Origin: a virus
Direction: 5' to 3' (one strand)
IMG/VR virus record: IMGVR_UViG_3300045988_159943
Coordinates: 96,309 to 160,308 of that record
DNA: 64,000 bases
Positions 46,685 through 54,718 of this stretch are shown here, piece after piece; the first letter of the stretch is position 1; every line of letters begins with the position of its first letter. The position numbers and the translations under genes were made by a program. The notes below the pieces were generated by a model. That model ran no database searches. It was not told where the DNA came from and saw nothing but the letters and a program-made list of their open reading frames with translations.

Positions 46685-47107
46685 ATGGAAACAAAAATAT
46701 GTACTAAATGTAATCAAGAGTTGCCAATTAATGATTTCAATTGGAGAGACAAGAAAAAAGGAACAAGAAGGTCTGAATGTAAATACTGTCATACTAAATA
46801 TATGAAAGAAACGTATGAGACAAAAAGAAGTATTGTCAGTGATATTAAATCACAAATGAAATGTAAAAAATGTGGAGAAAACAGATATTATGTATTAGAT
46901 TTTCATCATTTAGACCCTAGTGAAAAAGAAGCAACCGTTGCGAGAATGGTTAGTAATAATTATCAATTAGAAAAAACATTACAAGAGATAGAAAAATGTA
47001 TAGTTCTTTGCTCAAATTGTCATAGAGAATTTCATTATTTAAATGACAGTTATGATATTACTATTGATGATTATTTAAATGATAATTACCTTGCCAGATG
47101 CCAATAA
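46685..47107 (+). CDS. HNH homing endonuclease (140 aa) inside tRNA array
   Basis: Zinc-ribbon CTKCNQ...CKYCH, HNH core DFHHLDP...K...LCSNCHREFHY; RBS AAAGGAAGATAGCTATG. Confidence 0.7.
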   Translation: METKICTKCNQELPINDFNWRDKKKGTRRSECKYCHTKYMKETYETKRSIVSDIKSQMKCKKCGENRYYVLDFHHLDPSEKEATVARMVSNNYQLEKTLQEIEKCIVLCSNCHREFHYLNDSYDITIDDYLNDNYLARCQ

Positions 47108-47127
47108 TTTTTAAGGAGGTACAAAAA

Positions 47128-47400
47128 ATGGCTCGTAACAAGAACAAAGACCCTATCAAGGCAGCAGTAACTAAGATTTCTGATGATATTAGCAGTCTTT
47201 CTGCAAAAAAGGAATATGCGGTTTCCGTATTTCGTAGTACAGCAGACCAGTTAGCTTCTATTAATTCTGAGATGGAAAATAAAATGTCAGAACTTGATAC
47301 TTTAGCTACTTTTATTCAGCATCAGAAGGATATTGCCTCTAAGGTTGTATTAGACAATGAAAATGTACGAGCCAAGATTCTTGAAATTATTGGTGAGTGA
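47128..47400 (+). CDS. hypothetical protein (90 aa from MARNKNKD)
   Basis: ORF 47098..47400 trimmed to ATG after TAAGGAGGTACAAAAAATG. Minus ORF 47322..47621 spurious (covers tRNAs). Confidence 0.45.
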   Translation: MARNKNKDPIKAAVTKISDDISSLSAKKEYAVSVFRSTADQLASINSEMENKMSELDTLATFIQHQKDIASKVVLDNENVRAKILEIIGE

Positions 47401-47439
47401 CATAATAAGGGGGATAGAAAACTATCCCCTACCAAATAC

Positions 47440-47527
47440 GGAGGTGTGGCCGAGTCTGGTTTAAGGCATCTGTCTTGAAAACAGACGAACGAAAGTTCCG
47501 TGGGTTCAAATCCTACCGCCTCCGCCA
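47440..47527 (+). tRNA. tRNA-Ser (anticodon TGA), CCA encoded
   Basis: Acceptor ggaggtg/cgcctcc, anticodon stem tctgt/acaga, loop cttgaaa, long variable arm. Confidence 0.7.
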
Positions 47528-47530
47528 TAT

Positions 47531-47606
47531 GTTCGATTAGCTCAGCTGGGAGAGCACTTGGTTTACACCCAAGAGGTCGGCGGATCGTGCCCGTCATCGA
47601 ACACCA
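47531..47606 (+). tRNA. tRNA-Val (anticodon TAC), CCA encoded
   Basis: Acceptor gttcgat/atcgaac, D-arm gctc-agctggga-gagc, anticodon stem cttgg/ccaag, loop tttacac. Confidence 0.7.
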
Positions 47607-47667
47607 GCGGAAAATCCACATAACGCAGGTTGGTAAACCTTGCTTCGGCTAAAGCTTCCAATTAAAT

Positions 47668-47742
47668 GCAGGTGTGGTGTAAAGGCTAACATTTCTGCCT
47701 TCCAAGCAGACGATGCCAGTTCGATTCTGGTCACTTGCTCCA
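47668..47742 (+). tRNA. tRNA-Gly (anticodon TCC), CCA encoded
   Basis: Acceptor gcaggtg/cacttgc (one G-U), anticodon stem tctgc/gcaga, loop cttccaa, T-loop ttcgatt. Confidence 0.65.
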
Positions 47743-47745
47743 TAT

Positions 47746-47830
47746 GGGGGATTGGTGAAATTGGAATACACTCAAGATTTAGGTTCTTGTGCCGTAAGGC
47801 GTATCGGTTCGAGTCCGATATCCCCTACCA
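47746..47830 (+). tRNA. tRNA-Leu (anticodon TAG), CCA encoded
   Basis: Acceptor gggggat/atcccct, anticodon stem caaga/tcttg, loop tttaggt, long variable arm gccgtaaggcg. Confidence 0.65.
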
Positions 47831-47927
47831 CAACCGATGGGGTGGCAACGGGCGGTTGTAAATAATTCTCGTAGCATCCTCTGTGAATAGCGCTATAAAA
47901 CAGATTCAAGGATGGAGCCATCAGTAT

Positions 47928-48008
47928 GGGCGGTTAGCTTAATCGGTAAAGCGTTGTGCGCACGATACAACGAGTTTGGGTATGCAGGTTCAATCCCTGT
48001 ACCGCCTA
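47928..48008 (+). tRNA. tRNA-like element of uncertain identity (possible pseudo-tRNA)
   Basis: Acceptor gggcggt/accgcct, D-arm gctt-aatcggta-aagc, T-arm gcagg-ttcaatc-cctgt are tRNA-like. Candidate anticodon arm ttgtg-cgcacga-tacaa lacks U33 and the variable region is 13-14 nt. No CCA. Confidence 0.3.
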
Positions 48009-48014
48009 TAATAT

Positions 48015-48091
48015 GTCCTCGTAGCCCAGTTGAATAGAGCAATGGCCTTCTAAGCCATGTGTCGAAGGTTTGAGTCCTTCCGGGGATGCCA
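48015..48091 (+). tRNA. tRNA-Arg (anticodon TCT), CCA encoded
   Basis: Acceptor gtcctcg/cggggat (two wobble pairs), anticodon stem atggc/gccat, loop cttctaa, T-arm gaagg-tttgagt-ccttc. Confidence 0.6.
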
Positions 48092-48177
48092 CAGTCGGGG
48101 GTTACAAGCGACTTTAAATAAAAGGTATCCGTGGAGTTGGCAGATACGATAGTCTCCGATACAAAACTGCCATTCAT

Positions 48178-48253
48178 GGGAAGTTAGCTCAGTTGGCAGA
48201 GCACGTGGCCGTTAACCACGGTGTCACAGGTTCGATTCCTGTACTTCCCGCCA
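48178..48253 (+). tRNA. tRNA-Asn (anticodon GTT) with C33, CCA encoded
   Basis: 76 nt; acceptor gggaagt/acttccc, D-arm gctc-agttggca-gagc, anticodon stem cgtgg/ccacg, loop ccgttaa, T-arm acagg-ttcgatt-cctgt. Confidence 0.65.
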
Positions 48254-48383
48254 TATAAAGATACAGATGGATAAGTATCTTTGTAACGGTGCAATTAGTG
48301 AAATATCCGAACGTTCCGTAAGTTTCTGTGTATAGCAGTCATGAATGTGAAACACTGATTCCATCATTATAAAGGAGTAAATT

Positions 48384-48635
48384 ATGCCAAGACCAAGAAA
48401 AGTAAACTCTGAAATTGTAAAGAAACTTCCTTCCTCTGAGAATGGTGTGAGCACTACTTGCGAGGATGTGAATGGGAAGCAGTTTAGAATTTCGCATAGT
48501 TTAAAGACTGGGAAGTTTACACTGTGGGAGATTTTAGATGAAGGATTGAAGGCAGTTAAGTCTGGGGAGAGTACTTATGAATTGTATGAGTTAATTGATT
48601 TTGGAGGAAAAGAAAATGAAGGTTTTGCGTCGTGA
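48384..48635 (+). CDS. hypothetical protein (83 aa) inside tRNA array
   Basis: ORF track; RBS AAAGGAGTAAATTATG. Minus ORFs 47893..48177, 48224..48454 rejected. Confidence 0.5.
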   Translation: MPRPRKVNSEIVKKLPSSENGVSTTCEDVNGKQFRISHSLKTGKFTLWEILDEGLKAVKSGESTYELYELIDFGGKENEGFAS

Positions 48636-48795
48636 TGATAAAGAAGTATATGAAGTTTTTGACATTGTATATACAGACGAAGGAGAACCTAAGTTCTTAG
48701 TTTATATGAATAAATCTTGGGAATTAGTTAGTGCGTGGAGGTTTACTCCAAATTTTTATGAAGATTATTATGGAAATTATGTGGAGTTAGATTGA
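48614..48795 (+). CDS. hypothetical protein (60 aa from MKVLRRDD)
   Basis: ORF 48595 (TTG) trimmed to ATG after GGAGGAAAAGAAAATG. Confidence 0.4.
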
Positions 48796-48798
48796 TAT

Positions 48799-48874
48799 GT
48801 GGGTGTAGTTCAGTTGATAGAACGCATGAGTTGGGTTCATGAGGCCGAGCGTTTGAGTCGCTCCACTCACACCA
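48799..48874 (+). tRNA. tRNA-Pro (anticodon TGG), CCA encoded
   Basis: Acceptor gtgggtg/cactcac, D-arm gttc-agttgata-gaac, anticodon stem catga/tcatg, loop gttgggt, T-arm gagcg-tttgagt-cgctc. Confidence 0.65.
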
Positions 48875-48930
48875 CCTGAGCAAATGGCATAGTGTTATGT
48901 GCGGTTGGCTGACCTTAAGGCTATTGATAT

Positions 48931-49005
48931 GGGAATTTAGCCAAGTGGAAAGGCACTGCACTTTTAATGCAGGTATCAAGAGTTCGATCCTCTTAATTCC
49001 CACCA
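48931..49005 (+). tRNA. tRNA-Lys (anticodon TTT), CCA encoded
   Basis: Acceptor gggaatt/aattccc, anticodon stem ctgca/tgcag, loop cttttaa, T-arm aagag-ttcgatc-ctctt. Confidence 0.7.
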
Positions 49006-49141
49006 ATGATGCTGTGTTGGTTAAGTTAACGTTTGTGTGGTTCAGCTCATTACTTTACTGCTATCTCAGTTAAAAACCTATCGGCTGCAGACGAGGTTCT
49101 TCGGACGCACAGCCTTGGTAGGCAGAAATGCCTACCAATAT

Positions 49142-49217
49142 GCTGGATTAGCTCAGTTGGCAGAGCGACGCACTTGTAATGCGTAGGTCATCAGTTCGAA
49201 CCTGATATCCAGCTCCA
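49142..49217 (+). tRNA. tRNA-Thr (anticodon TGT), CCA encoded
   Basis: Acceptor gctggat/atccagc, D-arm gctc-agttggca-gagc, anticodon stem acgca/tgcgt, loop cttgtaa, T-arm atcag-ttcgaac-ctgat. Confidence 0.7.
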
Positions 49218-49419
49218 TAATAAGGGCCCATGACGACGGACAGCCAGGAGGGTCTGCGCTAATCGTGAAAAGTCTAGCCGATTAGTAGGGAGTAGAGTAG
49301 CCGTGCCCCTAGATTATTCAGAAGTAGTGAGCTGAATATTCAAAGCTGAAAATATATAGTAGTAGAACTGTAACACTAACTGTTTGAAGTATATATGAGT
49401 AGGCCACGGTGAATCCGAT

Positions 49420-49513
49420 GGAGCAGTACCCAAGAGGCTATAAGGGAGCGGTTTGCTAAACCGTTAGGTCGTAGAAATACGATGCGGAGGTTCGAATCCT
49501 CTCTGCTCCGCCA
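49420..49513 (+). tRNA. tRNA-Ser (anticodon GCT), CCA encoded
   Basis: Acceptor ggagcag/ctgctcc, anticodon stem gcggt/accgt, loop ttgctaa, long variable arm, T-loop ttcgaat. Confidence 0.65.
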
Positions 49514-49586
49514 CTTTGTTCATAACACCTCCAAATGTCTCACAATCTGTACCATATTGGTTGACTGTAAAAAGCGGATTAAACAA

Positions 49587-49682
49587 CCCCGCATAGCTCA
49601 ATTGGTAGAGCAGCCGGTTTATACCCGGTATTAGCGCCAGATTAGCGTGAGGTTCAAGGTTCGATTCCTTGTGCGGGGACCA
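49587..49682 (+). tRNA. tRNA with anticodon TAT (Ile-UAU type) and an unusually long ~25-nt variable region
   Basis: 96 nt; acceptor ccccgca/tgcgggg, D-arm gctc-aattggta-gagc, anticodon stem gccgg/ccggt, loop tttatac, variable attagcgccagattagcgtgaggtt (internal ATTAGCG duplication), T-arm caagg-ttcgatt-ccttg, ACCA. Minus ORF 49464..49715 rejected. Confidence 0.5.
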
Positions 49683-49715
49683 AATTTGAAATAACAAAAA
49701 AAGGAGATAAAACAA

Positions 49716-49850
49716 TGAATATGCGTGATAACCTCCATTACACCAACCGTATTAATTCCCTCCGTTCCAAGGGCGAAGAACAGAATTCCAAGCTTATTAA
49801 GAAAGCTCAGCGTAATCTTCGTAATCTAAAGAAGTCGGGCACTAATTAAG
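49716..49850 (+). CDS. small basic protein (44 aa)
   Basis: Hand-translated MNMRDNLHYTNRINSLRSKGEEQNSKLIKKAQRNLRNLKKSGTN; RBS AAAAAGGAGATAAAACAATG. Confidence 0.35.
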
Positions 49851-49870
49851 TGCTCGGCTTTTTGTTATAT

Positions 49871-49930
49871 CTTGACAATACGAAATTATTGTGGTAGTAT
49901 ATGTATGGAATTTTACAGTACAAAATTATT
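49871..49930 (+). promoter_or_regulatory. sigma70-like promoter TTGACA(49871)-17-TAGTAT(49894) with motif variant in spacer (49874-49890) and a second exact ACAGTACAAAATTATTG (49914-49930)
   Basis: read directly. Confidence 0.55.
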
Positions 49931-49959
49931 GATATATTTGACATACAAAGGATGATTTT

Positions 49960-50733
49960 ATGGTTAAAGTTAAAGAAGATATGACTGGGTGGAAGATGTG
50001 GGAGCACGGATTCCCAGATAGTCGTTTGATAGTATTGAGGCAAGTAGAGGATCGTATAGCTTCAAGCGGCAAGCGTTTTGCTCGTTGGGAGTGTATGTGC
50101 AATTGTGAAAATCACACTATCAAAATTATACAACAAACTCATTTAAGGCAAGGAGATATATTAAGTTGTGGATGTTTAGGAAAAGAAAGAAGGCAAGCCT
50201 CAGTAACCAAACATGGTAAAAGTAGTACTAGATTGTATCATATATGGGTTGGCATAAAAGAAAGATGTTACAATTCTAATAATGACTTTTACTATTGTTA
50301 CGGTGGTAGGGGTATAATTATGTGCGACGAGTGGGAAAATGATTTTATGTCGTTTTATAATTGGGCAATTGCCAATGGATATAAAGAAGCTGCAACATGG
50401 GAAGAATGTTCAATTGAACGCATTGATGTAAATGGAAATTATTGCCCTGAAAATTGCAAGTGGTCTGATAAATTTGAACAAGCTATCAATCATCGTACAC
50501 AAAAGAATAATACCAGTGGAATAAGAGGAGTACACTGGGACTCAGACCATAAAAAATGGTGTTCTAGAATTGGTGTTCATAATAAGAGAGTACATTTAGG
50601 TTTTTTTGACTCAAAAGAAGAAGCAATTAAAACGAGATTACAAGCAGAGATAAGATATTATGGAAAAGAACTATCTCCGCAAAAAAACTTATTCGCACAG
50701 TATGGAATTAATATAGAGGAGGATAAGGAATAA
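49960..50733 (+). CDS. putative homing endonuclease with AP2 DNA-binding domain (HNH_3/NUMOD-like N-terminal region)
   Basis: C-terminal SGIRGVHWDSDHKKWCSRIGVHNKRVHLGFFDSKEEAIKTRLQAE is a clear AP2-type domain; central YHIWVGIKERCYN...YGGRGIIMCDEWENDFMSFYNWAIANGY matches the phage HNH homing endonuclease core as I recall it. Minus ORF 49846..50043 rejected. Confidence 0.5.
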   Translation: MVKVKEDMTGWKMWEHGFPDSRLIVLRQVEDRIASSGKRFARWECMCNCENHTIKIIQQTHLRQGDILSCGCLGKERRQASVTKHGKSSTRLYHIWVGIKERCYNSNNDFYYCYGGRGIIMCDEWENDFMSFYNWAIANGYKEAATWEECSIERIDVNGNYCPENCKWSDKFEQAINHRTQKNNTSGIRGVHWDSDHKKWCSRIGVHNKRVHLGFFDSKEEAIKTRLQAEIRYYGKELSPQKNLFAQYGINIEEDKE

Positions 50734-51870
50734 ATGATTTTTTTAGATGCGTCATCTACCACCAAACCATATAATGAAGTTATTGATATTATGTCGGACA
50801 TTCAACGTAATTATTGGTACAATCCATCTGCTACGTATAGCGCTGCTCACGATGTAATGACACTTATAGAAAACGTTAGAAAACAAATAGCTGAAGATAT
50901 TAATTGCGCCTCGGACGAAGTTATATTTACCGCATCGGCTTGTGAATCAAATAGCTTAGCCATATCTGGGTTTATCAAAAAACACAATGCAATTTTTATT
51001 ACTTCTAAATTAGAGCATACATCTATTAAATGCATTACAGAATATGATAAAAATTTTTATGATTTTGTTGATAATAACGAGGTTGGTATAATATCTCTCT
51101 CATCTTTAGATTCATTACTGAGTAGAAAAGGTATTGAAAATAAAAATATTTTAGTTAGTATTTCTTTTGCAAATTCTGAAATAGGAACTATTGAAGATAT
51201 TAAATCTATTGCGGAAATCGTACATAAGTATGGAGGAATATTGCACGTAGATGCAACTCAGTACCTACCGTGGTATAAAGTAGATGTACAAAATCTTCAC
51301 ATTGATATGATGTCATTTTCTGCTCAAAAATTTCATGGGCCTCGTGGAGCAGGTGTATTGTTTATAAAAAGTGGGATAGAAATTGATCCAATTATTTTTG
51401 GTAGTCAAGAAAATTATTTGCGTGGGTCAACCTACAACACAGCGGCTATTGTAGGCATGAGTAAAGCTTTAGAGTTAACAAGAAAATATAATAAAATGGG
51501 GATGGTAGACCAAACTAGGGCTCTTCGTGATGAGCTTCTTGGGAAACTGCTTACTATTCCAGACACCCATCTCAATGGCCCAGAGCCCGGCCCAAATCGT
51601 CTAGTAAACAACATCAGCCTTACAGTTGATGGAGTTAATGCAGAAGCACTCACAGCCATGTGTGACACTTACGGTTTTATGATTGCTAAGGGCTCAGCAT
51701 GTCAGTCTTACGAGCAAGTTCCCTCAAAGACTTTAACGGCTATAGGGCTTACTCCAGAACAAGCACGTTCAACTGTTCGTATCACTTTAAGCAGGAGTAA
51801 TACTAGAAAAGAAATAGAAGATTTTTGTGAAATTTTCCCAAAAATTATAGATCGCCTTCGTCAAATTTGA
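50734..51870 (+). CDS. cysteine desulfurase (class V aminotransferase, IscS/NifS-like)
   Basis: PLP-lysine motif SFSAQKFHGPRGAGVLFIK, HVDATQ, active-site-loop Cys (AKGSACQSYE); 378 aa. ATGA overlap with upstream gene. Confidence 0.8.
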   Translation: MIFLDASSTTKPYNEVIDIMSDIQRNYWYNPSATYSAAHDVMTLIENVRKQIAEDINCASDEVIFTASACESNSLAISGFIKKHNAIFITSKLEHTSIKCITEYDKNFYDFVDNNEVGIISLSSLDSLLSRKGIENKNILVSISFANSEIGTIEDIKSIAEIVHKYGGILHVDATQYLPWYKVDVQNLHIDMMSFSAQKFHGPRGAGVLFIKSGIEIDPIIFGSQENYLRGSTYNTAAIVGMSKALELTRKYNKMGMVDQTRALRDELLGKLLTIPDTHLNGPEPGPNRLVNNISLTVDGVNAEALTAMCDTYGFMIAKGSACQSYEQVPSKTLTAIGLTPEQARSTVRITLSRSNTRKEIEDFCEIFPKIIDRLRQI

Positions 51871-51893
51871 CAATTTACAATACAAGATTATTG
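51867..51893 (+). promoter_or_regulatory. TTGACA (51867) followed by leader-motif variant ACAATACAAGATTATTG (51877-51893) + TGATACAATG extension
   Basis: read directly. Confidence 0.45.
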
Positions 51894-51936
51894 TGATACA
51901 ATGATTTCAGAAAACACAGATAAGGAGTGAAAAATC

Positions 51937-52950
51937 TTGGTCGTGTCTGATCTTAAAGAACAGATTCTTAACAATTACAATGTAGAGCAAATACTTGAAG
52001 AATTGGGATGCGACCATATTGTGAATCACGGTGGATATATTGTGTGTTCGAATCCTGACGGAGATAATAAAAGTGCTATAGTAGTCTATCTCAATGACAA
52101 TCTGACTACGATAAATTTCACCCGCCAGCTCTCTAAGGACAAGCGCACACATGATATATTCGACCTAATTTGTTTCATCAAAAACATATCATTCCCAGAA
52201 TCGCTCAAATGGACTTGTGACATCTTTGGTATCGACTATTACAACTCCGAGCAAGAAATACCAGAAAGTCTTCAGATCTTGCGTATGCTTGAAGGTATGA
52301 AGATGGGCGGCGGAACAGATGATAACACTGTGCTTAAGCCCATCTCGGAGAATATATTGAGTTATTACTTACCTTACGGGAACAAGATGTTCTATGACGA
52401 TAATATCTCTCTTGAAGTCCAAGAAGAGTTCGGAATAGGTTATGATACCAGAAGCAACTACATTACAATCCCTCTTCGAGATAGCCTGGGAACGCTTTGT
52501 GGGATTAAAGGAAGATATTTTGGAGAACCGGATGAATACCATCCCAAGTATATTTTTCTGGAGAAGACCGCCAAATCGCAGCTTCTTTTTGGCTACCATG
52601 AAAACAGAGAGTACATTAAAACTAGCAAAATACTCTTTGTTTTTGAGGCTGAGAAAAGTGTGCTCCAGAGTGCATCATATGGTTTTCGTAATGCAGTATC
52701 GCTTGGCGGCAAGTCTGTTTCTAAAACACAAATGGAACTGTTGGTCAGAACAGGGGTAAAAATTTGTTTAGCACTTGACAAGGATGTGAGCAAAGAAGAA
52801 CTCACTTCTATTGTTAATATCTTTCCAGAAAACATCCCAGTTTACGCCATCATAGACGAAGACAACATTCTTAATGAAAAGCAAAGTCCAAGTGACGATT
52901 TAAATAAATGGATGCATTTAATTCAAAACAACATATATCAAATCAAATAA
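51937..52950 (+). CDS. DnaG-like DNA primase (zinc-binding N-terminus + TOPRIM), 337 aa; TTG start
   Basis: TOPRIM segment LFVFEAEKSVLQSASYGFRNAVSLGGKSVSKTQMELL; N-terminal CDHIVNHGG...CSNPDGD zinc-finger-like; RBS TAAGGAGTGAAAAATCTTG. Internal ORFs 52369..52599(-), 52442..52759(+), 52593..52835(-) spurious. Confidence 0.55.
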   Translation: MVVSDLKEQILNNYNVEQILEELGCDHIVNHGGYIVCSNPDGDNKSAIVVYLNDNLTTINFTRQLSKDKRTHDIFDLICFIKNISFPESLKWTCDIFGIDYYNSEQEIPESLQILRMLEGMKMGGGTDDNTVLKPISENILSYYLPYGNKMFYDDNISLEVQEEFGIGYDTRSNYITIPLRDSLGTLCGIKGRYFGEPDEYHPKYIFLEKTAKSQLLFGYHENREYIKTSKILFVFEAEKSVLQSASYGFRNAVSLGGKSVSKTQMELLVRTGVKICLALDKDVSKEELTSIVNIFPENIPVYAIIDEDNILNEKQSPSDDLNKWMHLIQNNIYQIK

Positions 52951-52966
52951 CAATACAAAATTATTA
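52950..52966 (+). promoter_or_regulatory. leader motif variant ACAATACAAAATTATTA
   Basis: Directly after primase stop; RBS AAGGAGTG follows. Confidence 0.45.
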
Positions 52967-52985
52967 AGGAGTGATTACTAAGTAA

Positions 52986-53150
52986 TGCTATGTCGCAGAT
53001 GCTATATCCAAGAACGCAACCTTAAAAAGAAGGATGCAAAGCATTTAACCTCTACCTCAGAAAAATATGAATGTGAAAAGTGTGGACAGTTCAAGCAGTT
53101 AGTTATTGAAAATAGACAATGGGAGGAGGAAAGTTTCTTGGGACAATAAG
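52986..53150 (+). CDS. small zinc-ribbon protein (54 aa; CRRC...CEKCG)
   Basis: Hand-translated MLCRRCYIQERNLKKKDAKHLTSTSEKYECEKCGQFKQLVIENRQWEEESFLGQ; overlaps start of next gene. Confidence 0.35.
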
Positions 53151-53562
53151 ATTGACTAAGAAGCATCGCTCTTATTTTAAGGCCGCAAAGGCTATTTCAG
53201 AGTTGTCTGATTTTCGACGAGTACAACTTGGATGCGTGGCTGTTTATGGGCATCGTGTCATTTCTTCTGGGTATAATACCTGCAAGTCTAGCCCTCTCCA
53301 AAAAGAGTATAACAAGTATAGATTTGATGAAGATACGAACCATACGCTTCATTCTGAAACTAAATGTCTTTTACCACTTATTAATCGTAATGATGTGGAT
53401 TTTTCTAAAATTTCACTTTATGTTTATAGAGAGTTTAAGAATGGTGGATTAGCTCTTGCAAGACCATGTGAGTCGTGCATGAAGCTGATAAGAGATTTAG
53501 GTATTAGGGATATATATTATACAAACAATGGTGGGTATTCTCACGAAGAGATTTTATATTAA
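53119..53562 (+). CDS. cytidine/deoxycytidylate deaminase-fold zinc enzyme (second copy; could be dCMP deaminase or tRNA/nucleoside deaminase)
   Basis: HSETKCLLPL (H[AS]E) and PCESCMKLI (PCxxC) zinc-ligand motifs; 147 aa. Internal ORF 53228..53452 spurious. Confidence 0.6.
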   Translation: MGGGKFLGTIRLTKKHRSYFKAAKAISELSDFRRVQLGCVAVYGHRVISSGYNTCKSSPLQKEYNKYRFDEDTNHTLHSETKCLLPLINRNDVDFSKISLYVYREFKNGGLALARPCESCMKLIRDLGIRDIYYTNNGGYSHEEILY

Positions 53563-53576
53563 AGGTGGTAAGTTTT

Positions 53577-53729
53577 ATGAATTCCAATGAAAATGAAAAT
53601 GTAAATTCTGTTCATAAGGTTGTGAGAGAATTCAAGGACAAGCGCAAGTATGATAGAGTACGTGACCGTAAGGATAAACGACTATATGAAATTGAAAGAG
53701 AGGAAGATGTAAATGAGGCAGATTCGTAA
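53577..53729 (+). CDS. small charged protein (50 aa)
   Basis: Hand-translated MNSNENENVNSVHKVVREFKDKRKYDRVRDRKDKRLYEIEREEDVNEADS. Confidence 0.3.
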   Translation: MNSNENENVNSVHKVVREFKDKRKYDRVRDRKDKRLYEIEREEDVNEADS

Positions 53730-54294
53730 TGGAGTTTTTGAAACTAACTCTAGCTCAGTACATAGCATTGCAATTCCAAGAAGTTATGACAATATAAATT
53801 ATATTTCATTTCACATTGACGAGTTTGGATGGGAGTGGCGAGAAGTAGATCCTGCGAATTACTTTTATACAGCAATTTATGAAACTTCTAATTCAACATC
53901 AGAAGTTAAAGAAAAGATTGAGAAACTAAAGAGTATTCTAGATTCTCGTGGAATCGAATATCGTTTTGGGGAAGTTGAATATCATATTTGGCATAGTGAT
54001 TATGCCAATAAAGATTATCTGAGCCTTGATTATGGATATATTGACCATGGCAATGAGTTAACAGATTTTGTAGATGAATTGCTAAATGACGGCGACAAGC
54101 TTGTACGTTTTCTTAGTAGAGGTTTAGTGTTCACTGGTAATGATAATTCTGATGCAGAAAATCGATGTTTTATTGAAAGAGACCAAGAATTTCTAGATGA
54201 TTATGATTGGCAGACTAAGCAGGAATTTAAAATTGAAAATCCATATTATATGAGTGATCATGAAGATTATGAATGGTATTGGAAGGGGAATTAA
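53713..54294 (+). CDS. hypothetical protein (193 aa) starting MRQIRNGVFETNSSSVHS
   Basis: ORF track. Confidence 0.5.
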   Translation: MRQIRNGVFETNSSSVHSIAIPRSYDNINYISFHIDEFGWEWREVDPANYFYTAIYETSNSTSEVKEKIEKLKSILDSRGIEYRFGEVEYHIWHSDYANKDYLSLDYGYIDHGNELTDFVDELLNDGDKLVRFLSRGLVFTGNDNSDAENRCFIERDQEFLDDYDWQTKQEFKIENPYYMSDHEDYEWYWKGN

Positions 54295-54297
54295 TTT

Positions 54298-54474
54298 ATG
54301 AAGCAGATGAGACGTGGAGTGTTTGAAACCAATAGTAGTAGCACTCATTCTTTAACTATATGTACAGAAGAAGAGTTTGAAAAGTGGCAGAATGGAGAGT
54401 TACTATTCGATAGATGGAATGATTGTTTTATTGAGGAAAGACCTCTTTCTGATCAAAAAAGACTGATGCGATGA
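54298..54474 (+). CDS. hypothetical protein (58 aa) with N-terminus paralogous to 53713 gene (MKQMRRGVFETNSSSTHS)
   Basis: Hand-translated; ATGA overlap with next gene; possibly a split gene together with 54471..54707. Confidence 0.35.
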   Translation: MKQMRRGVFETNSSSTHSLTICTEEEFEKWQNGELLFDRWNDCFIEERPLSDQKRLMR

Positions 54475-54707
54475 AGAATTATAATAACATTAAATCTACA
54501 TATTGGAAAAATTGGGAACAACTTTCTAAAGAAGAGGTCGAGTCGTGGTATAGAAGATACGCGAGCCAGCATTTAAATAAAAGTGATGACGGACAGACAT
54601 ATGATGAGTATATGGATAGTTGTGATTTAGAGGCCTATTTTAAGCATTACACTAGTCCGAGCGGAGATAAGCTCGTAATTTTCGGAAAGTATGGTTATGA
54701 CGGTTAA
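54471..54707 (+). CDS. hypothetical protein (78 aa)
   Basis: ORF track. Confidence 0.45.
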   Translation: MKNYNNIKSTYWKNWEQLSKEEVESWYRRYASQHLNKSDDGQTYDEYMDSCDLEAYFKHYTSPSGDKLVIFGKYGYDG

Positions 54708-54718
54708 GGAGATTTGAA

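Noticed and set aside
48092-48177. Possible extra tRNA between Arg-TCT and Asn-GTT (ggtatccgtggagttggcagatacg...)
   Set aside because: No acceptor/T-arm pairing could be built; only short 4-bp hairpins.
45835-49715. Minus-strand ORFs across the tRNA array (45835..46167, 46112..46324, 47322..47621, 47893..48177, 48224..48454, 48743..49006, 49464..49715) and plus ORFs 46193..46432, 47640..47861
   Set aside because: They are antisense to, or coincide with, tRNA genes, and there is no RBS; GC-rich tRNA sequence generates open frames.
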